In this document: one piece after another, positions 60,912-64,000 of the stretch
Layout: every line of letters starts with the position of its first letter
Numbering within the stretch: the stretch's first letter is position 1
Assembly: GCA_002633005.1 (NCBI GenBank)
Contig: NMRA01000447.1
Coordinates: forward strand, 281,182-345,181
DNA: 64,000 nt
Source of the DNA: Phoronis australis
Taxonomy: Eukaryota; Animalia; Phoronida
Direction of reading: 5' to 3'
Notes under the pieces: model-generated
The model's database searches: none
What the model was told of the DNA's origin: nothing
The model's input: only the letters and a program-made list of their open reading frames with translations
Position numbers and translations under genes: made by a program

Positions 60912-61226
60912 TTAATTTGTTAATATTTTCATCATATTGCGTTTGTTTAGAATGTAACGATTTGAACAGTTCCCACCATTCTTAGCTTTAGAGGTTTCAG
61001 CTAGCTATTATGAAATAAATACCATGAAATCCAACTTAATAGGCACACACCTGTTATGTCAATTAGTCGTAGTTTTTAAAATTTGAAAAAAGTAATCCCT
61101 GGTTTCTTCCGGAATTATGTAATACATGGAAGACGTTTGGTCACTTGACATTCAGTTGCATTGGCAGAACACAACAGATCAAAAGACGACTGCGATTTTG
61201 AACGAGAACTGGACAGTTATTGTGCA

Positions 61227-61252
61227 GAGAGAGAGAGAGAGAGAGGAGAGAG
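61227..61252. repeat. (GA)n microsatellite
   Basis: Direct dinucleotide run. Confidence 0.9.
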
Positions 61253-62334
61253 GATCCCGGCATCCCACTCAAGTACTGTACTCAGTTGAAGAATCAAACT
61301 ATAAATTCGATTTCACACTTAACGAAATTTTGTCCTCTTTCAGGTCGTTTGAACTCGCCCCACGTACACGTGCACGAGCAATGATGCTGACACGTGTGAG
61401 TCACAGCCAACTGAACCAAAGGCTGATCAATATTCCCAAAGTAGACATTTAATCATCACTGGCAAATGTCACAGTAAATCTGGGTCATTCGTATTCACTA
61501 TTGCAATGGTGGAAGGACCCCACAGTCTTAACACAGTGCATAAGATTAAGTGTCATAGCACTCAATCTGGGCCGGAGTCGAAGGCCTGGCATCACTCGCC
61601 CTAGTACGTAAGCAGCTTGTTCGATACTTGTACAATTTGCAAATACACTTACATGTACAAGTGTCGTGTTCTTCATCGAAGCAATGTCTTTGTCTTTGAC
61701 GTAAAGGACTCCTTGTAATGTGCCGAATAAAGAGTTGTCCCGACTGAATCGCATGCTATGCTCCTCAAAGTCCTTCTACACTTCCGTGCGGCTCACAAAC
61801 CGATGGTATTTCTTTGCAGCTTTCAAGTCTTTGAGAAATTTACACACAAATACTCAATGTGCTATTACTACAACCCCCACAATTGCACCTTTTCATGGCC
61901 CCACAGCTCCTCAGTATCGCACTTGGTAAAAACAACAACGGTGGAGACGGTCTTTCACCCATTACGTACAACCCCGATAACAGAAAATATATTTTTAATT
62001 TTTGCTGACTTATTTCTTAGCAACTGGAATTTTAAAAGCGATTAAATCTCTTTAAATATATTAATGAAGTTCGTTTTGACATACATGTACAAGGTTATGG
62101 TGACAACTCTAAGGTTGGTTGGTTATCCTAGAAATATTTTCCACTTAATTACAGTTTTTCGCAATTTTATTAATTACTCGTCCGCTACTACGGAAGTGAC
62201 GTTTTACGAGGCAAGCATTTCGCGCCAATTTCTTTTCATATAGTCTGACTGTGAGAGCTGCCGAGTCAGTCATTGTTATGCCTCGGTTGTGTTAAGTTCT
62301 GTCGCCGTTTGCTTTCATTTACTAGACAGTCAAC

Positions 62335-63125
62335 ATGCCACACTGTTGCTGCTTACTGGAATGTACTAATTTTCGGCTCACGCGCGCTTTGGGAGTACCT
62401 TTACATCGCTTTCCGATGGATGACACACTTCGCCGTACTTGGCTCGTTCGTGTTAAAAACGCAGCGTTACCCGTCAACGCAACGTACAAAGCTATGGAAA
62501 ATTACAGTGTGTTTGGTCAGCACTTTCTGCCCTCCGGTTACGAAAGGGATTTGTACGCTGAACTGATGAAGGTCCCTGTGAAACCACCCCTGAAGAACGA
62601 TGCCATTCCGTCTGTGTTAATTCCCGGCAAAGCCCCGTCGCCACCCCAGAGAAATGCGTTTTTGAAGCGAAAACCCTCGCGAGCTGTGGCCAGTACAGTG
62701 ACTGGAGCCAGTGGAGGCACTTCATCTACTGTCACCCGTGCCTCCGAACGTACCCCAGAGCGTGCAATTACTGTAACCAGTAGTGATTCGCCCTGTGCTG
62801 TTTTCTCCAGCCCAGAGCCTCTAAGCAGCCCTGCAGCGATATTGAGTAGTGGGAGTGATTACAGGCCCAGTTCGACACCCAGTGAAGAGGACAGTTTGTC
62901 GTTCAGTGAACTGATCGGTGAGCCAAAATTTGATTAGTTTATTGTGGACTTGTCTATTTAGAAGGGGGCCAGGTGTGTGGCGAGTGAGTCACACGACACG
63001 GTGTAAGCAGTTTGGGTGCTCAGGTCACCATCCAGTGGGAGTGTGTCGCGTGACACTCTGGCAAGTGGGACATTTGTTCCTCTGTCCGTGGTATGCCGGA
63101 TGTCCACTTAACCATGTCCAGTAGT
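62335..63125 (+). pseudogene. THAP domain, S/T/P linker and degenerate Zn region of a Kolobok transposase; DDE core deleted
   Basis: MPHCCCLLEC...LHRFP...RRTWL...VFGQHF...LKNDAIPSV, then frameshifted QVCG...GAQVTIQWECVA*HSGKW...RGMP. Confidence 0.8.
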
Positions 63126-63129
63126 GGCT

Positions 63130-63424
63130 TGGCCTCTGAACAGCACAAGCATTCCATTGAGGTAGGCATAACAACGCACACAGTGCATTTGCACCAAGAT
63201 GTGTCACCACGTCTGTCCTCAGTAGCCGCCTCGTTTCTCTCAACAGCTGCCTGTGCCTGTGCGTACTCTGCCTCGTTATGCTCGGGCTCAAACATGTACC
63301 TACCCACTGAATGTCCGTGAAAAAATTCCTCGTCACCGCTGCTGTGAACAAGGTCTCCGTCACTCACACTACTGTCACTGTGATACGGGTCACCGACTCC
63401 AGCCATTTTCAGCTTACAACACAC
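63130..63424 (-). pseudogene. KolX-like / P2X7 ballast-like Cys-rich protein, N-terminal part
   Basis: YMFEP...RRGDTSWCKCTVCVVMPTSMECLCCSE; truncated at the deletion junction. Confidence 0.75.
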
Positions 63425-63865
63425 TAAACAATCCCTAAATCCAAAGTAGTTGAGTTCTCTACTAACCTATCTTGCCGCAGAATACTCGCCGATGGAAAGT
63501 GGTGGCGACAATTGTTCAAAAAGCAGCACAAAACAAAAGTAGAATAGAATAGATTCGCACGGTAAAGTCAACGCAAAACCAAGTGGCGGGAAACGCTTGC
63601 CTCCTAAATCGTCACTTCCGGAGTAGCGGACGAGTAATTAATAAAATTACGAAAAGCTGTAATTAAGTGGAAAATATGTCTAGGATAACCAACCCACCTT
63701 ATTTTAGCTCAAAATGACATGGAAAAAGGTTGCCTTCGCCTTTAAGGATTCAGCTTTGTATAGATAGGACTTTCGGTTTATCGGACGTTTTTACTTTGTG
63801 AGTATGCGTACGTAAACTTCACGATACCCTCAACTTCCACTTTTTCATGATACATGGTCTACATG

Positions 63866-63942
63866 TATGAGTGGTGCACCACAGGGGGGTGGGTAAAAGT
63901 AGGCTATAGCCTCCACGTTTTTCAGTGCTGCCCCGACCAATG
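63866..63942 (+). mobile_element. Degenerate short MITE (family of 39686)
   Basis: atgagtggtgcaccacagggg...gctatagcctccac.ttttcagtgctgc matches the 39686 copy. Confidence 0.55.
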
Positions 63943-64000
63943 TTATTTCGAAATCTTGAATATACTTCTTCGAGTTTGCAGCTCATTTCTAGGTTTTATC

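Larger units (their letters stand above)
62110..63741 (+). mobile_element. Internally deleted Kolobok DNA transposon
   Basis: ~120-bp imperfect TIRs (62110-62230 vs 63580-63701), right end CCT|TTAA, convergent THAP-transposase 5' part and KolX-like ORF; outer ~40 bp of the left TIR missing. Confidence 0.82.

Noticed and set aside
61440-61980. Short ORFs on both strands
   Set aside because: No domain signature or gene structure could be supported.
62335-62937. Standalone host THAP gene
   Set aside because: Lies inside TIRs, a Zn ligand is mutated, and it continues into frameshifted transposase sequence.
63020-63424. P2X7 purinoceptor gene
   Set aside because: Only the Cys-rich motif is present with no channel domain; it is inside a Kolobok element, and the ORF's C-terminal part is antisense transposase sequence.

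Overview
This is AT-rich, intron-rich eukaryotic DNA, probably from a marine invertebrate (possibly a deuterostome; inference). One + strand gene spans ~3.2-53.2 kb. I assembled it by hand from ~27 GT-AG exons with consistent phases, giving ~1450 aa. It is a Tie/TEK-family receptor tyrosine kinase with an unusual ectodomain: putative Ig-like domain, then an F-type lectin (FTP/fucolectin) domain split by a kringle exon inserted in its sugar-binding loop, a Tie Ig2, 4 EGF, 4 FN3, a TM helix, tandem juxtamembrane YxxV/YxxI motifs and an apparently intact kinase. Introns and the 3' flank carry many decayed transposons: two Kolobok derivatives (THAP + KolX/P2X7-ballast-like), a Sola3 with TTAA TSD, a Penelope-like element holding an RNase H fragment, a Helentron/DINE-type MITE with about 11 co-oriented CTCF-like motifs, a THAP/hAT relic, LINE and BEL/Pao fragments, and several MITEs with 5-bp TSDs. 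All calls come from manual reading and remembered family motifs; no searches were run.
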